A stretch of DNA of 64,000 nt from Bacteroidota bacterium (GTDB lineage Bacteria > Bacteroidota > Ignavibacteria > Kapaibacteriales > DASPKH01), in the NCBI GenBank assembly GCA_040386315.1, contig JAZKFS010000017.1, positions 19,251 to 83,250 of the forward strand, written 5' to 3'. The stretch's first letter is position 1. Every line of letters starts with the position of its first letter. Of this stretch, positions 29,190-39,612 are shown piece by piece. Made by a program: the position numbers and the translations under genes. The notes below the pieces were generated by a model. The model was not told the DNA's origin. It worked only from the letters and a program-made list of their open reading frames with translations, and searched no databases.

Positions 29190-31265
29190 TTAAAGATTTT
29201 CTGTGGTGGTAATAGGAAACTGCACAGTAAAATTCGCGCCATTGCCTTCGGTGGAATCACAGGAAACAATACCGTTCATAGCTTCGGTAAATTTTTTAAC
29301 AATAGAAAGGCCCAGGCCGGTGGAATCTTCGCCCCCGGTAGGTTGCGCCGAAAGCCGTGCGAATTTTAAAAAGAGCCTTGCCTTGTCGTCCTCGCTGATA
29401 CCAGGGCCTTCATCTTTTATGGTGAAGGAGACGAAATTATTTTGTACCGCAGTCTGTATAATGATCTTTTTGCCGAAAGGGGAGTATTTGATGGCGTTTG
29501 AAAGAAGATTATCAATGACAAGGCGCAGTGTGCCTTCATCACCGCTGATCTCATGATTTGCGTCATTTTTAAAAATGATGGAAATATCTTTTAAAGTCGC
29601 GCGGCTACGGTAATCTTCGATCGAAGACCGAACTACATCCGTCAGGCTGACCGTTTTAAAAGCTATGTATGCAGGGCTGGTATCGAATTCGCTCGACTCC
29701 AGCAGGCGCGAGATAATCCCGGTCATACGGCCGGCTGTCTGAGTGATAGTCTGGGCGTGCTTTTTGATCTCGGCCGGTCCCATTCTCTCGTTATAGCTAT
29801 CCAGCAGGGTAGCGGCTAGGCTGATGCCGGTAAGCGGATTTTTCAGATCATGGGCCACGATGGCCAGCAGGTCGCTGCGCTCTTCGATCAGCGTTGTGAG
29901 CCGCTCATTGGCTTCTGCCAAATCTAAGTTCGTAAGACGGTAAATTTCGGATTCTTTTCGCGCATTTTCGAGATGGTAGCTTACCTCGAGGATCTTTGCC
30001 TTGCGTGCCATTTCGGCATTATACAACTCATCTTTTATGTCGTAAAATTTTTCATAATGCTTTAAAGATTTTTCAAAATCCTTTCTTCGCTTATATAGCT
30101 GTGAAAGAACAAGGTGCGCCTCGTACATTTGCGGCCGTGTATGTTGTGCTTCGGCGATCTTAAGCGCTTCTTTTGCAAAAGGCAGCCCTTTTTCCGGATC
30201 ATTCCGCTCAATAAAAATCTGTGCCACGCAGGTAAGAATTTCAGATCTTTTGTCACTGTCGCCAATCTCGCTTAAAATCTGGATGCTCGTCATGAGCAAC
30301 TTATAGGCTTCTGTGATTTCACCAAATTTCAGATGGATCTTACCAAGATTGCCCAGGCATGATGCTACCTGGCGTTTATCACCAAGAGTTTCTGCGAGCT
30401 GTAAAGCTTTTTGAAAGTAAGATTGTGCCAGGTCAAATTCCATCAGGCTGAGGTAAACACTACCAATATGCTCAAGAGCAATAGCCTGGCTGTGCGTATC
30501 TTTTTCCTTTTGAGCTGAATCGTGGTAGCGCTCATAATAATTGAGCGCATTTGTAAAATCACCGAGGTGAAAATAGATGCCGCCGATGTTATTAAAACTG
30601 GTGGCCTGTGCGCGATGATCATCAATGCTTTCTTTTAAAGAAAAACTCTGGAGGTAGTATTCAAGCGCCTTTGCGTAATTTCCTGCCGCGTGATGAGCGC
30701 TGCCCATATTGTTCAGCGCAAATGCCTGCCCGGTGATGTCTTCCGCAGCAAGGTATAATTCATAAGCGCTGTGCTGTGCTTTTAAAGATTCGGCATGGTT
30801 GCCTGTATGATGATGTACATTCCCGATAAAAATCAGGGAGTTTGCTTCAGATAGTACATTTTTGATTTCACGGCTCAGGTTGTATGCGCGAAAGTGAAGT
30901 GCCAACGCTTCCTGTGAGCGGCCTGTGCTGTTATAAATATGCCCGATATTATTCAGCGCGCCGATAATTCCTGCATTATCGCTGATGATCTGTAAAATTT
31001 CAAGCGCTTTTTCAAGCTGCTCAAGGCCTTTATCGTAGCACGAAAAAAAGCGGTTTGCCTTGCCAAGATTCAGCAGCGCATTTGCCTGTCCGGGGAGATA
31101 GTTGTGTTTTTTTGAAAGGTCATATGCTTCCTGTGCCAGCATTGCCGCGCGTTGTGTTTCAGAACGAATGATCTTTTCTGCAGTTGCATTCAGGCTTGTG
31201 ATTCGTTCCTCTAATTGCTCGCTTAGGCTATTTTCGACATCAATATCATATGATGAGTTTTTCAT
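29190..31265 (-). CDS. Cytoplasmic TPR-repeat sensor histidine kinase
   Basis: Many TPR units (…ALNNIG…Y..A…), coiled coil, H-box VAHDLKNPLTGI, N/G1/G2 boxes (NLLSNAIKYS, DEGPGI, GGEDSTGLGLSIVK); no TM segments. Confidence 0.85.
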   Translation of the reverse strand: MKNSSYDIDVENSLSEQLEERITSLNATAEKIIRSETQRAAMLAQEAYDLSKKHNYLPGQANALLNLGKANRFFSCYDKGLEQLEKALEILQIISDNAGIIGALNNIGHIYNSTGRSQEALALHFRAYNLSREIKNVLSEANSLIFIGNVHHHTGNHAESLKAQHSAYELYLAAEDITGQAFALNNMGSAHHAAGNYAKALEYYLQSFSLKESIDDHRAQATSFNNIGGIYFHLGDFTNALNYYERYHDSAQKEKDTHSQAIALEHIGSVYLSLMEFDLAQSYFQKALQLAETLGDKRQVASCLGNLGKIHLKFGEITEAYKLLMTSIQILSEIGDSDKRSEILTCVAQIFIERNDPEKGLPFAKEALKIAEAQHTRPQMYEAHLVLSQLYKRRKDFEKSLKHYEKFYDIKDELYNAEMARKAKILEVSYHLENARKESEIYRLTNLDLAEANERLTTLIEERSDLLAIVAHDLKNPLTGISLAATLLDSYNERMGPAEIKKHAQTITQTAGRMTGIISRLLESSEFDTSPAYIAFKTVSLTDVVRSSIEDYRSRATLKDISIIFKNDANHEISGDEGTLRLVIDNLLSNAIKYSPFGKKIIIQTAVQNNFVSFTIKDEGPGISEDDKARLFLKFARLSAQPTGGEDSTGLGLSIVKKFTEAMNGIVSCDSTEGNGANFTVQFPITTTENL

Positions 31266-31398
31266 TCAGTATTATATGGTGATCCTACGTTTTCCGGTGT
31301 GGAAGATCGCAGAGAGGATGTAAAGTTACCACAATTTTCCGTAGTATTTGCTACGTAGAAACCATGATTTTTCAAAGAGTTACCATTAAATGTACAAT

Positions 31399-33783
31399 TC
31401 AGGCATGTTCTCGTATTTCTTTTAAAAGCGCTTCAGCACGGGATTTACCTGCTGCATATCCGATCTCATTGGAAATTGAAATGCTTTGATGGAGATATGT
31501 TCCCGCTTCGGTAAACTTCTGCAGCTCATAATACGCCTGGCCGATATTCATCAGGGTTTCAGTCTCACCGCGTTTGTCTCCTATTTCCTGCTTAATACGA
31601 AGGCTGGCCTCATAATGTTCCAGCGCTTGCAACGGTTCATTCATATACAAGAATGTGCTGCCGATATTATTTAAAAACGCCGCTTCACCAAACCTGTCGC
31701 CGGATATTCTACAGATATCCAATGACTGCTCATAATACGGCCGCGCTTTTAAAAACTCATTTTGCTTGGAATATACATTCGCTATATTATTCAGAAGAGT
31801 CGCCTGTGCCTGCCGGTAATTTTCCTGCTGAAGGATCTTTAAAGCTTTTTCATAATATTCCAGGCCCATTTCAAAGCGATCCTGCTGTATATATGTCACG
31901 CCAAGATTACTCAGCGCCATTGCCTCGCCATAATGATCGGAAAGCTCCTGCTGGATTTTTAAAACTTCATCATAATTTTTAAAAGCAACGTCATATTCGC
32001 CTGAACGCAACGCCACATTTCCCAGTAAATTCAGCGCCATTGACTTTTCTTTTAAAAAGCCTTTTTCACTTGCCTTTAAAAGTACTTCCCGCGCAATTTC
32101 CTCCGCTTTTAAAAACTCGCTTTGCAGCCAGTAAACGCCCGACATTCCAAGTTGTGTTTTTAAAAACAATTCTTCCAAAGAAATTTCTTTAAAAATATTC
32201 CCGGCTTTTAAAAACTCCTCCAGCGCTTCCGCATACCGCGCACGATGACGATGAATTTCTGCTTTTAAAAAGTATAATTCACCACGCAGGGCATTCGTTT
32301 TAAAATCAATTTTCTTGACATTTTCCAGCGATTGCAATGCCAGCGAAATTTTCTGCAAAGCCTCACTTTCCGCATATTCCCGCCAGCTCGATTCAGCGCC
32401 TTTTAAAAGAACCTCGGCGGCAAAAATGTGGTCCTTTGCAATATTGGCATGAACAGCGATCCGTGCTGAAATTCCCGCAAGATTCGTACCACTTTCAAGC
32501 GCATCCGACCACTCATTTTTTAAAACATCCAGGATCGCTTCGTGCAGCAGTTCGCGCTCTTCCTCGCCGAGGGTTTCATACATCGCGCGGTGGAGGAGAG
32601 TGTGGGAAAATTGGTACGCGGTGCTTTCCTTAGAATATAGGATCTGCTTGCCGAGTGATTTTAAAACGCGATGGGTTTCTTCCAGAAGACGCAGTTTTTG
32701 CAGGATTTTCAGCTGCGGGATTTCCGTTGTTTTTGAAAGGATATTTGCAGTAAATGTTTCGCCTTCCACGCTTGCGTAGCGCAGCAGTTCGCGGTTATCT
32801 TCATTTAATCTCCTGATGCGCTCGCTCACTACTGCATACGCTGAGGCGGGGACTTTGACATTTTTATATTCATCGCTGAAGATTCCCGTTTCACGATTAA
32901 TATAGCCGTCTTCCTCCAGCGTATTTAAAAACTCCGTAATGAACAGCGCATTGCCGCCGCCCACGTGCGCCAGCCATTCTTCAAATTTATCGTTATTCTG
33001 GTAATTCGGGTAGCGCCGGTGCAAGAGTGCGTCCAGGTTTGAAGCGGTAAATTTTGGAATTTGCACATCACGGCAAAGATCATATCGCTCAAATTCCGTT
33101 TTGATATGCAGCAGCGGATGTCCCTCGCCGCCGCGCGAACTCCCCGCATCATCAGGACGATAAGCAATAAGGAACGTTATAGGTTTGCCCTGCAGCTGGC
33201 GCGCTGCTGCAAAAAGAAGATTGCACGACGACGTGTCAGCCCAGTGAAAATCATCTAGAATTATGACAAGCGGCGTGGAATCGGAGAGTTTTAAAAGCAA
33301 ATTAATATATTGCTGGAATATCTGCTGCTGATTTGCTGCTCCGGAAGATTGCTCCCTGGCCATCATTTTATTCATATACACCTGGTTATACCCCGCGCCA
33401 AGTATATCAAGCGCCGCGCCTACCGATGGCCCCAGTACCGGGATCATCGTCACCCACGCCGGGGCTGTATCCACCATGAATTTACCAATGTCAAACTTCC
33501 GCTTTTTCTTTTCGGCCGAATTATCGCGTGCCAGCGAATCAATGATATCCGCCCACGGTTTTAAAGCCTCCACCTCGCCAATGTCGTGACCGGCGACCGG
33601 CGTAGAGCATTCCGCCGAAGCGAACACAACCTGCAGATTTTCACACTCCTTTTGTACAGCTTTTAAAAGCGTCGTTTTCCCGATGCCCGCCTCACCCGTT
33701 ACGAAAACGACGGACTGCGCCGCAGCGCCCGCTGAGCGGACCATGTCCACAAGAATATCCAGTTCCTCACGGCGGCCGATCAT
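31399..33783 (-). CDS. STAND-type AAA+ ATPase fused to a TPR array (signal-transduction ATPase)
   Basis: Walker A GEAGIGKTTLLKA at residue about 30, Walker B VIILDDFHWAD, then about 10 TPR units. Confidence 0.75.
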   Translation of the reverse strand: MIGRREELDILVDMVRSAGAAAQSVVFVTGEAGIGKTTLLKAVQKECENLQVVFASAECSTPVAGHDIGEVEALKPWADIIDSLARDNSAEKKKRKFDIGKFMVDTAPAWVTMIPVLGPSVGAALDILGAGYNQVYMNKMMAREQSSGAANQQQIFQQYINLLLKLSDSTPLVIILDDFHWADTSSCNLLFAAARQLQGKPITFLIAYRPDDAGSSRGGEGHPLLHIKTEFERYDLCRDVQIPKFTASNLDALLHRRYPNYQNNDKFEEWLAHVGGGNALFITEFLNTLEEDGYINRETGIFSDEYKNVKVPASAYAVVSERIRRLNEDNRELLRYASVEGETFTANILSKTTEIPQLKILQKLRLLEETHRVLKSLGKQILYSKESTAYQFSHTLLHRAMYETLGEEERELLHEAILDVLKNEWSDALESGTNLAGISARIAVHANIAKDHIFAAEVLLKGAESSWREYAESEALQKISLALQSLENVKKIDFKTNALRGELYFLKAEIHRHRARYAEALEEFLKAGNIFKEISLEELFLKTQLGMSGVYWLQSEFLKAEEIAREVLLKASEKGFLKEKSMALNLLGNVALRSGEYDVAFKNYDEVLKIQQELSDHYGEAMALSNLGVTYIQQDRFEMGLEYYEKALKILQQENYRQAQATLLNNIANVYSKQNEFLKARPYYEQSLDICRISGDRFGEAAFLNNIGSTFLYMNEPLQALEHYEASLRIKQEIGDKRGETETLMNIGQAYYELQKFTEAGTYLHQSISISNEIGYAAGKSRAEALLKEIREHA

Positions 33784-33876
33784 ATTTACCTTTTAAAATC
33801 AGGTTTTAAAAAAAAGTAAATTTACTTCGGAAATTGGTTTTAAAAAATAAAAAAGCTCCGTTGCACAACGAAGCTT

Positions 33877-34656
33877 TTAAAAATTCTCGTTCGGCAGGTC
33901 CATCAGGTCGGGATATTTGAAATTATAATCCAGAAATTCCTTTACTTTTTCATTGCTGATAATTTTAAAACCCTTCATATTACCCTCAGCAAATTGAGGC
34001 GCCTCGATTCCTAAATCCAACGCCGCTTTTGTATAGAATTCCCGCTTCACCGGGTGCGTATTGGCGCAGCAATTGAACGTTTCGCCCCACACATTTTTCT
34101 CGATCACGCGCTCGATTATTGCAATGCAATCATCCCGATGGATCATATTCACCCGCGCGTCCGGCTGGGGCACGATTTTACTATTTTTAAAAAATCTGCC
34201 CGGATGACGTTCACCACCAATTAATCCGCCAAAACGCAAAATCACCGTTTTAAAAAAACTGCTGTTTTTAAAAAAATTTTCGATCTCGGCAAGTGCGCCG
34301 CTCACGGCAAAATCTTCCGTCACAATTCCATTTGCATCGCCATACACCGACGTTGAGCTGATGAAAATTACCTTTAAAACCGGTGAAGATTCAATTTTTA
34401 CAACAAGTTTTTTAAAAGCAACAATATTTTTGGAAGGAATCGCTAAAATGAGAATTTCCGCTTTTAAAAACCCGTCAATATTTTCTATTGGATTTTCAAT
34501 ATCAAGCACAAACGGTTCAATTCCCACAGCTTTTAATAATTCAACCTTTTCAGCAGAAGTCGTCGAACCTTTTACAGAAAATCCTTTTTTTAAAAGATGT
34601 TGGGCGAGAGAAAGTCCAAGCCAGCCGCAGCCAAGAATAGAGATTGTTTGTGGCAT
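33877..34656 (-). CDS. NAD(P)-binding Rossmann-fold protein (atypical SDR/epimerase-like)
   Basis: ISILGCGWLGLSLAQHLLKKGFSVKG N-terminal dinucleotide motif. Confidence 0.5.
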   Translation of the reverse strand: MPQTISILGCGWLGLSLAQHLLKKGFSVKGSTTSAEKVELLKAVGIEPFVLDIENPIENIDGFLKAEILILAIPSKNIVAFKKLVVKIESSPVLKVIFISSTSVYGDANGIVTEDFAVSGALAEIENFFKNSSFFKTVILRFGGLIGGERHPGRFFKNSKIVPQPDARVNMIHRDDCIAIIERVIEKNVWGETFNCCANTHPVKREFYTKAALDLGIEAPQFAEGNMKGFKIISNEKVKEFLDYNFKYPDLMDLPNENF

Positions 34657-34745
34657 TTATGTAAATTAACTGCTAAAATTCTGTTTTTAAAAGAAATGTT
34701 GTAAATTGCAAAATGCAATTTTAAAAACCGTCAGCCAAAATCCTT

Positions 34746-35471
34746 ATGAAAAATGTATTTTCAAAAGTTCTTTGCGCCTTTCTTGTAAGTTTTGCAACAT
34801 CATGCGATAACAGTACAACAGAAGTAGTTCCGGAAAAGCCAGCGTTAGAGCAAGCGCACATCATGATTGACTGGATGAAGGCAAAGGAGAGTTTTGAACA
34901 GCGTTTTTACAATAGTGAAGGTACATTGATTGGATCAAAGGATACGACTTTTTTAAATGGTTCAGTTTATTGCTCGAATTCATTTGGGAAGATTGAATCT
35001 TCTATTATGATTCCTGTGCAGGAAACAAAAGGTGATACTTTTTTGCTCAGTTGGAGTAAAGGTGATACTTCTGTATTAGAGCCGAAATTCTTCCGATATG
35101 ACTATCAGGATTATCGTATCACTGTTGTTCTGGATAAAGCTAACCGCAAAGTCAAACATCTAAATTATTCTTACTCTTCAACGCTCAGATCTTGCGCGGG
35201 CGGTTCTATTGAAAATATAGCATCTACAACAGTATTTTCTATAAATGACAAGTCATATTCACACATTTCATCTGATGAAATTATAATCAATTGCCAGGCT
35301 TCAGATTTGAAAAATTTAACTGATGAATTTGTCAATGCTATTGAAAGTTGGACAAGTACGGATCAGATCGTACCGCATCAATCCTCCAAATCAGCTTTTC
35401 TTGAATTTTCAGCAGACCAAAAATCTCAGTCTTTTTTTATAAAGTTGAAATTCAATAGAACGGATTTTTAA
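34746..35471 (+). CDS. Hypothetical lipoprotein
   Basis: Signal peptide ending …FATSCDN. Confidence 0.5.
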   Translation: MKNVFSKVLCAFLVSFATSCDNSTTEVVPEKPALEQAHIMIDWMKAKESFEQRFYNSEGTLIGSKDTTFLNGSVYCSNSFGKIESSIMIPVQETKGDTFLLSWSKGDTSVLEPKFFRYDYQDYRITVVLDKANRKVKHLNYSYSSTLRSCAGGSIENIASTTVFSINDKSYSHISSDEIIINCQASDLKNLTDEFVNAIESWTSTDQIVPHQSSKSAFLEFSADQKSQSFFIKLKFNRTDF

Positions 35472-35480
35472 AAACAAAAA

Positions 35481-35506
35481 AGCCCTGCTTTTAAAAACAG
35501 GGCTTT
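35481..35506. terminator. Bidirectional terminator hairpin agccctg-cttttaaaaa-cagggct between convergent genes
   Basis: Perfect 7-bp stem; A/T flanks on both strands. Confidence 0.6.
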
Positions 35507-35522
35507 AAAAACTTTTAAAACG

Positions 35523-36809
35523 CTACTTCGCCCACGCTTTTTCCTTCACAATTCTTTCCACGCCCGCCATATACGGTTTTAAAACGTCCGGCACGAGGAT
35601 GCTGCCGTCTGCCTGCTGATAATTTTCCAGGATAGCAATGATCGCACGCGGCACTGCAACAGCCGTTCCGTTCAGCGTGTGGACGAACTGTAAATTATTT
35701 TCCTCATCGCGATACCTGATATTCAGGCGGCGGCTTTGAAATTCCGTGCAGTTGCTCGTGCTCGTCACTTCACCGAAATCTGCACGCGATGGCATCCACG
35801 CTTCAAGGTCGTACTTGCGATACGCCGGCGCGCCGAGGTCGCCCGTGGGAATATCTATCACGCGGAAACAAAGCCCCAGTTCTTTAAAGATCTCAATTTC
35901 AATATCGCGCATTTCCTCATGAACGCGCTCGCTGTCTTCCGGCGCGGTGAAGGCGAACATCTCCACTTTTGAAAACTGGTGAACACGGTACAATCCGCGT
36001 GATTCCTTGCCATACGCGCCTGATTCCGTACGGAAGCAGTGTGAGAATCCACCCATTTTTACCGGCATATCTTTCTTTAAAAGAATTTTATCTTTTAAAA
36101 ACCCGCCGAGCGTGATTTCCGCTGTTCCAACTAAACACAAATCCGAATCCGCAACGCTGTACACCTGCGTTTCCTCGCCGCGCGGATTAAAACCGATCGC
36201 TTCGAGAATATTGATGCGTGCTAAATCCGGCGTTAAATAGGGCGTAAATCCCTTTTTTAAAAGTTTTCCCATCGCGTAATTGATGAGCGCAAGTTCAAGC
36301 AACGCACCTTCATTTTTTAAATAATAAAACTTCTGCCCGCTCACCTGCGCTGCGCTTTCAAAGTCTATCAGGTCAAGCTCCATGCCAAGCGTTACGTGGT
36401 CTTTCGGCTCAAAATCAAATTTCGGCGGCTCGCCAACGGTTTGTAAAAGATTGAATTCGCCTTCCATTCCAACCGGAACGTCCGGGTGCGTCATATTCGG
36501 AATGTTTTTAAAAGCTGCGTTGAATTCTGTATCGATCATTTCGATCTGCGACTCCAGCCCGGCAAGCATTTCCTTGATTTCCTTTCCACGGGCGATCAAT
36601 TGCTCGCGCTCATCGGCTTCCAGTTTACTCTTCATTTTCTGTGAGGAAAGATTCCGCTCGGCACGCAGCGATTCCACTTCCTGCAGCAGCAGCACGCGGT
36701 TTCCATACAATTCTAAAACCTTGTCAGGATCAGCGTTTTTGATCCCGCGATTCTGAATATTTGTTTTGACAGCGTCAAGATTTTCGCGGATAAATTTAAT
36801 ATCAAGCAT
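35523..36809 (-). CDS. serS: Seryl-tRNA synthetase
   Basis: N-terminal coiled-coil arm (MLDIKFIRENLD…), class-II motifs (…FRxE…GxGxERxxxxL). Confidence 0.9.
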   Translation of the reverse strand: MLDIKFIRENLDAVKTNIQNRGIKNADPDKVLELYGNRVLLLQEVESLRAERNLSSQKMKSKLEADEREQLIARGKEIKEMLAGLESQIEMIDTEFNAAFKNIPNMTHPDVPVGMEGEFNLLQTVGEPPKFDFEPKDHVTLGMELDLIDFESAAQVSGQKFYYLKNEGALLELALINYAMGKLLKKGFTPYLTPDLARINILEAIGFNPRGEETQVYSVADSDLCLVGTAEITLGGFLKDKILLKKDMPVKMGGFSHCFRTESGAYGKESRGLYRVHQFSKVEMFAFTAPEDSERVHEEMRDIEIEIFKELGLCFRVIDIPTGDLGAPAYRKYDLEAWMPSRADFGEVTSTSNCTEFQSRRLNIRYRDEENNLQFVHTLNGTAVAVPRAIIAILENYQQADGSILVPDVLKPYMAGVERIVKEKAWAK

Positions 36810-36812
36810 TTT

Positions 36813-36846
36813 TGTGACTCGTAACTGGTAATTCGTAACTGGTAAT
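36813..36846. repeat. Tandem 14-mer tcgtaactggtaat x2 abutting the serS start codon
   Basis: Seen directly; related tandem 14-mers at 46293-46320 and a degenerate copy at 28186-28219. Confidence 0.6.
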
Positions 36847-36964
36847 TTTAAAAAGCGTACTGCTTACAGCATGAAGCATACAGCTAAAAAAACAAAAATA
36901 CGATGAAGCCGGAAAACTTCACCGTATGATTTATTAATTCTTTTTAAAAAGCGAACGCTAAAAA

Positions 36965-37690
36965 TTATTTTGCTTTTGTGCTGTCGCCGGGCAGCGGATT
37001 GGTATTGCACGGATTGGCGCGGATGAGGCGGCCTTTTTCAATGAATACTTTCTGCTTTGGCGCTTCGCCGTCCATGCTTTTTAAAACCTTCAGTCCAACG
37101 TCATACAGCGTTTTGATACGCTGATTGACCACTTCGAGTTGTGAGAGATTTTCCTTTTCGCGGTCCTGTTTCAGCTTTTCAAGCGTCGCCTGGGCTTTTT
37201 CTAATGGAAGCAGTACCGCTGCAACATTCTGCTTGCGCCGGGCTTCCTGCTCAAACACTTCCATACGGGCTTTAAAACCATCAATCTTCGGCTTATTGGC
37301 GGCGAGCTGCGCCTCTTTAAACTTGCGGTATTCGGCCATGTATTTTGAAGTATCGCCAAAGTGTTTTTTGTCGAGCGCTCTCCGCAGATTTCCGATCCTG
37401 GTATTGACCTCACCTTCGGAATTTTTAATACGGCTTTTTAAATAATTAGTCTGCACATCGTACCACGCGCGTTCTTTTGCGAGTTTCGGTGTGAGGTCTT
37501 TTATAATGCTGTCCTGCGTATTGATGCGTTTGGCAAATCTCGCATATACTTTTGCTGTCACCTGCGAGGAATCGCACATGGCTTTCTGGTAGTCAGCCAG
37601 CCATTCTTCACTTGATGGAAGTGTCTTTTTAAAATAGTAAAATGCTGCAATGCCCGCGGCCAATACGGCAATAATTATAAAGCGTTTCAT
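36965..37690 (-). CDS. Hypothetical secreted coiled-coil protein
   Basis: Signal peptide; helical, K/E-rich. Confidence 0.5.
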   Translation of the reverse strand: MKRFIIIAVLAAGIAAFYYFKKTLPSSEEWLADYQKAMCDSSQVTAKVYARFAKRINTQDSIIKDLTPKLAKERAWYDVQTNYLKSRIKNSEGEVNTRIGNLRRALDKKHFGDTSKYMAEYRKFKEAQLAANKPKIDGFKARMEVFEQEARRKQNVAAVLLPLEKAQATLEKLKQDREKENLSQLEVVNQRIKTLYDVGLKVLKSMDGEAPKQKVFIEKGRLIRANPCNTNPLPGDSTKAK

Positions 37691-38265
37691 GAAATAGCGA
37701 TGTCTGTATAGAATATGATATGCGAAATTAACACACTTTTAAAGGAAATGGTTGTAAAAAGAATATTTGTTAGTTAAAGGTCATTATCTAAAGAAAGCCA
37801 AATAATGAAACTTTTTCAAAATTTAGTGAGATTATGAAAAATTATTTTTAAAATACAAGTCTTTACTCCTACAAGAATTACCGGGAAACAAGGATTTTTT
37901 TTAAAAAAAAAGTTGCAATAAGTAATTTTTTATACTTATGTTTGAGTAGTTGAAAATCGGTATAAGTTGTTGAAAATTAATCTAGTTAGTTTTACGTACG
38001 TACTTCTACTGACAAAATAAAAGAGAATTTTTTTATAAAGTTCTATCTCCTTAACAATGTATTCACTCCTACAATTAACGTGGGTTTTATTCTTACAGAA
38101 TTTTTAATAGTAATATTTTTCAATGATTAGGTAGAGATCTTTCTATACAATAATCATCAATAACGGAACCGACATTTCCTGCTTGTATATCTCAAAATTT
38201 GAGAATATGAGTGTAAAATATTCACCAATTTCACTACTGTAATTTTAAATTTTTAAGGTATCACT

Positions 38266-39327
38266 ATGATCACACTTTTACAAAAATCAAAAGGCCTCAC
38301 CGTGAATTTTCAAAATGTTCGATTCAGTCTCATGTATGTTCTTGCTGCAATTATGCTGGTTACCGGCGGGAGTTCTGCCTGGGCTCTTGCAGGTGATAAT
38401 CTTGCGATATCTTCAAAAACAGCAACAACTGTAACTTTGACCTGGAGCAGTGGCCAAAAGGTACTGTGTGTAATAGCTCTAGGTACTTCGACAGCTACTC
38501 CTACTAATGGTGTTATTTATACTGCAAGCACAGTATTTGGCAGTGGTCAGCAAACTCAAACTAATCCTAGCTCAGGTACATTTGTTGCACTTAGTGATAA
38601 TTCAGGCCCGGGAACAACGGGTGTGACTATTACCGGCCTTACTACAGGTTCCACATATACAGTAAAAACATATAAGTTTGATAATCAAGAAAATTACACT
38701 GCATCTACTGCTGGTACCCAAACCTTCATCGCACAAGATGCCCCGCTTCCTGTAGAGCTTGCCTCATTTGACCTGAAAGCAATGGGAGAGAAAGTAAAAC
38801 TATCATGGGTCACAGCGTCAGAGACAGAAAATGCAGGATTTGAACTGATGCGTGCTGAAGGAAACGGCCAATACAGAATGATCGCTTCTCACTATACTGA
38901 TGATGCTTTAAAAGGACTTGGAAATAGCCCAACCGGAAAAAAATATACATTTACTGATGACCAGGATCTTCAGCCGGGCAGAACATATACTTACAAGCTT
39001 GTTGATGTGAGCACGGACGGTATCCGCACTGAGAAAGATCAAAAAAGCATAGAGATCATCGATGAAATCAAATGGTCGGCGAAACTCTATCCAAATCCGG
39101 CGATTGAATTTGCAACAATAGATTTTACACTTGCAGAAGATGATGCTGTGACGATAAATATTTTTGACATCACAGGGAAAAGCATGATGGCTATTGCGCC
39201 AAAGGATTATACGGCAGGTAGCAATACAGAGCGTATTTCACTGGCGGGCTTTCCGATAGGATTCTATACAGTTCGCATCAGCAGCTCCAATGGTATATCT
39301 ACCAAGAGCTTAATTGTCTCGAAATAA
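38266..39327 (+). CDS. Hypothetical T9SS cargo protein (Fn3/Ig-like region plus Por C-terminal sorting domain)
   Basis: C-terminal KLYPNPAIEFATIDFTL…GFYTVRISSSNGISTKSLIVSK. Confidence 0.65.
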   Translation: MITLLQKSKGLTVNFQNVRFSLMYVLAAIMLVTGGSSAWALAGDNLAISSKTATTVTLTWSSGQKVLCVIALGTSTATPTNGVIYTASTVFGSGQQTQTNPSSGTFVALSDNSGPGTTGVTITGLTTGSTYTVKTYKFDNQENYTASTAGTQTFIAQDAPLPVELASFDLKAMGEKVKLSWVTASETENAGFELMRAEGNGQYRMIASHYTDDALKGLGNSPTGKKYTFTDDQDLQPGRTYTYKLVDVSTDGIRTEKDQKSIEIIDEIKWSAKLYPNPAIEFATIDFTLAEDDAVTINIFDITGKSMMAIAPKDYTAGSNTERISLAGFPIGFYTVRISSSNGISTKSLIVSK

Positions 39328-39392
39328 GCTTTTTAAAAAAGAATTCTATTATTTACAAAATTTAAAACAAAATAAAAATACGGTATAATACA

Positions 39393-39611
39393 ATGCAAGC
39401 AAACCTACAAATTCGCACTCAAGTTCTTGAAAATACTATCCAGGATTATGTTGGAAAAGGATATCAAATAGTAAAAAAGGAATCTACACGCGCCTATTTA
39501 AAAAAACGCGCCGCTGCAAAAAATATGTTTAAGTTCATCTTCCAGAGCAGTGAGAATGTCTATATCTATGTAGATACAGACGGAAGCATTTCGACCGCAG
39601 TTGTTTCCTAA
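39393..39611 (+). CDS. Small hypothetical protein (72 aa)
   Basis: ORF only. Confidence 0.25.
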   Translation: MQANLQIRTQVLENTIQDYVGKGYQIVKKESTRAYLKKRAAAKNMFKFIFQSSENVYIYVDTDGSISTAVVS

Positions 39612-39612
39612 G

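Noticed and set aside
31399-33783. Avs-like antiviral STAND defence protein
   Set aside because: The protein begins directly with the Walker A motif and has no N-terminal nuclease, protease or other effector domain. It sits next to a histidine kinase, which is more consistent with a regulatory STAND ATPase
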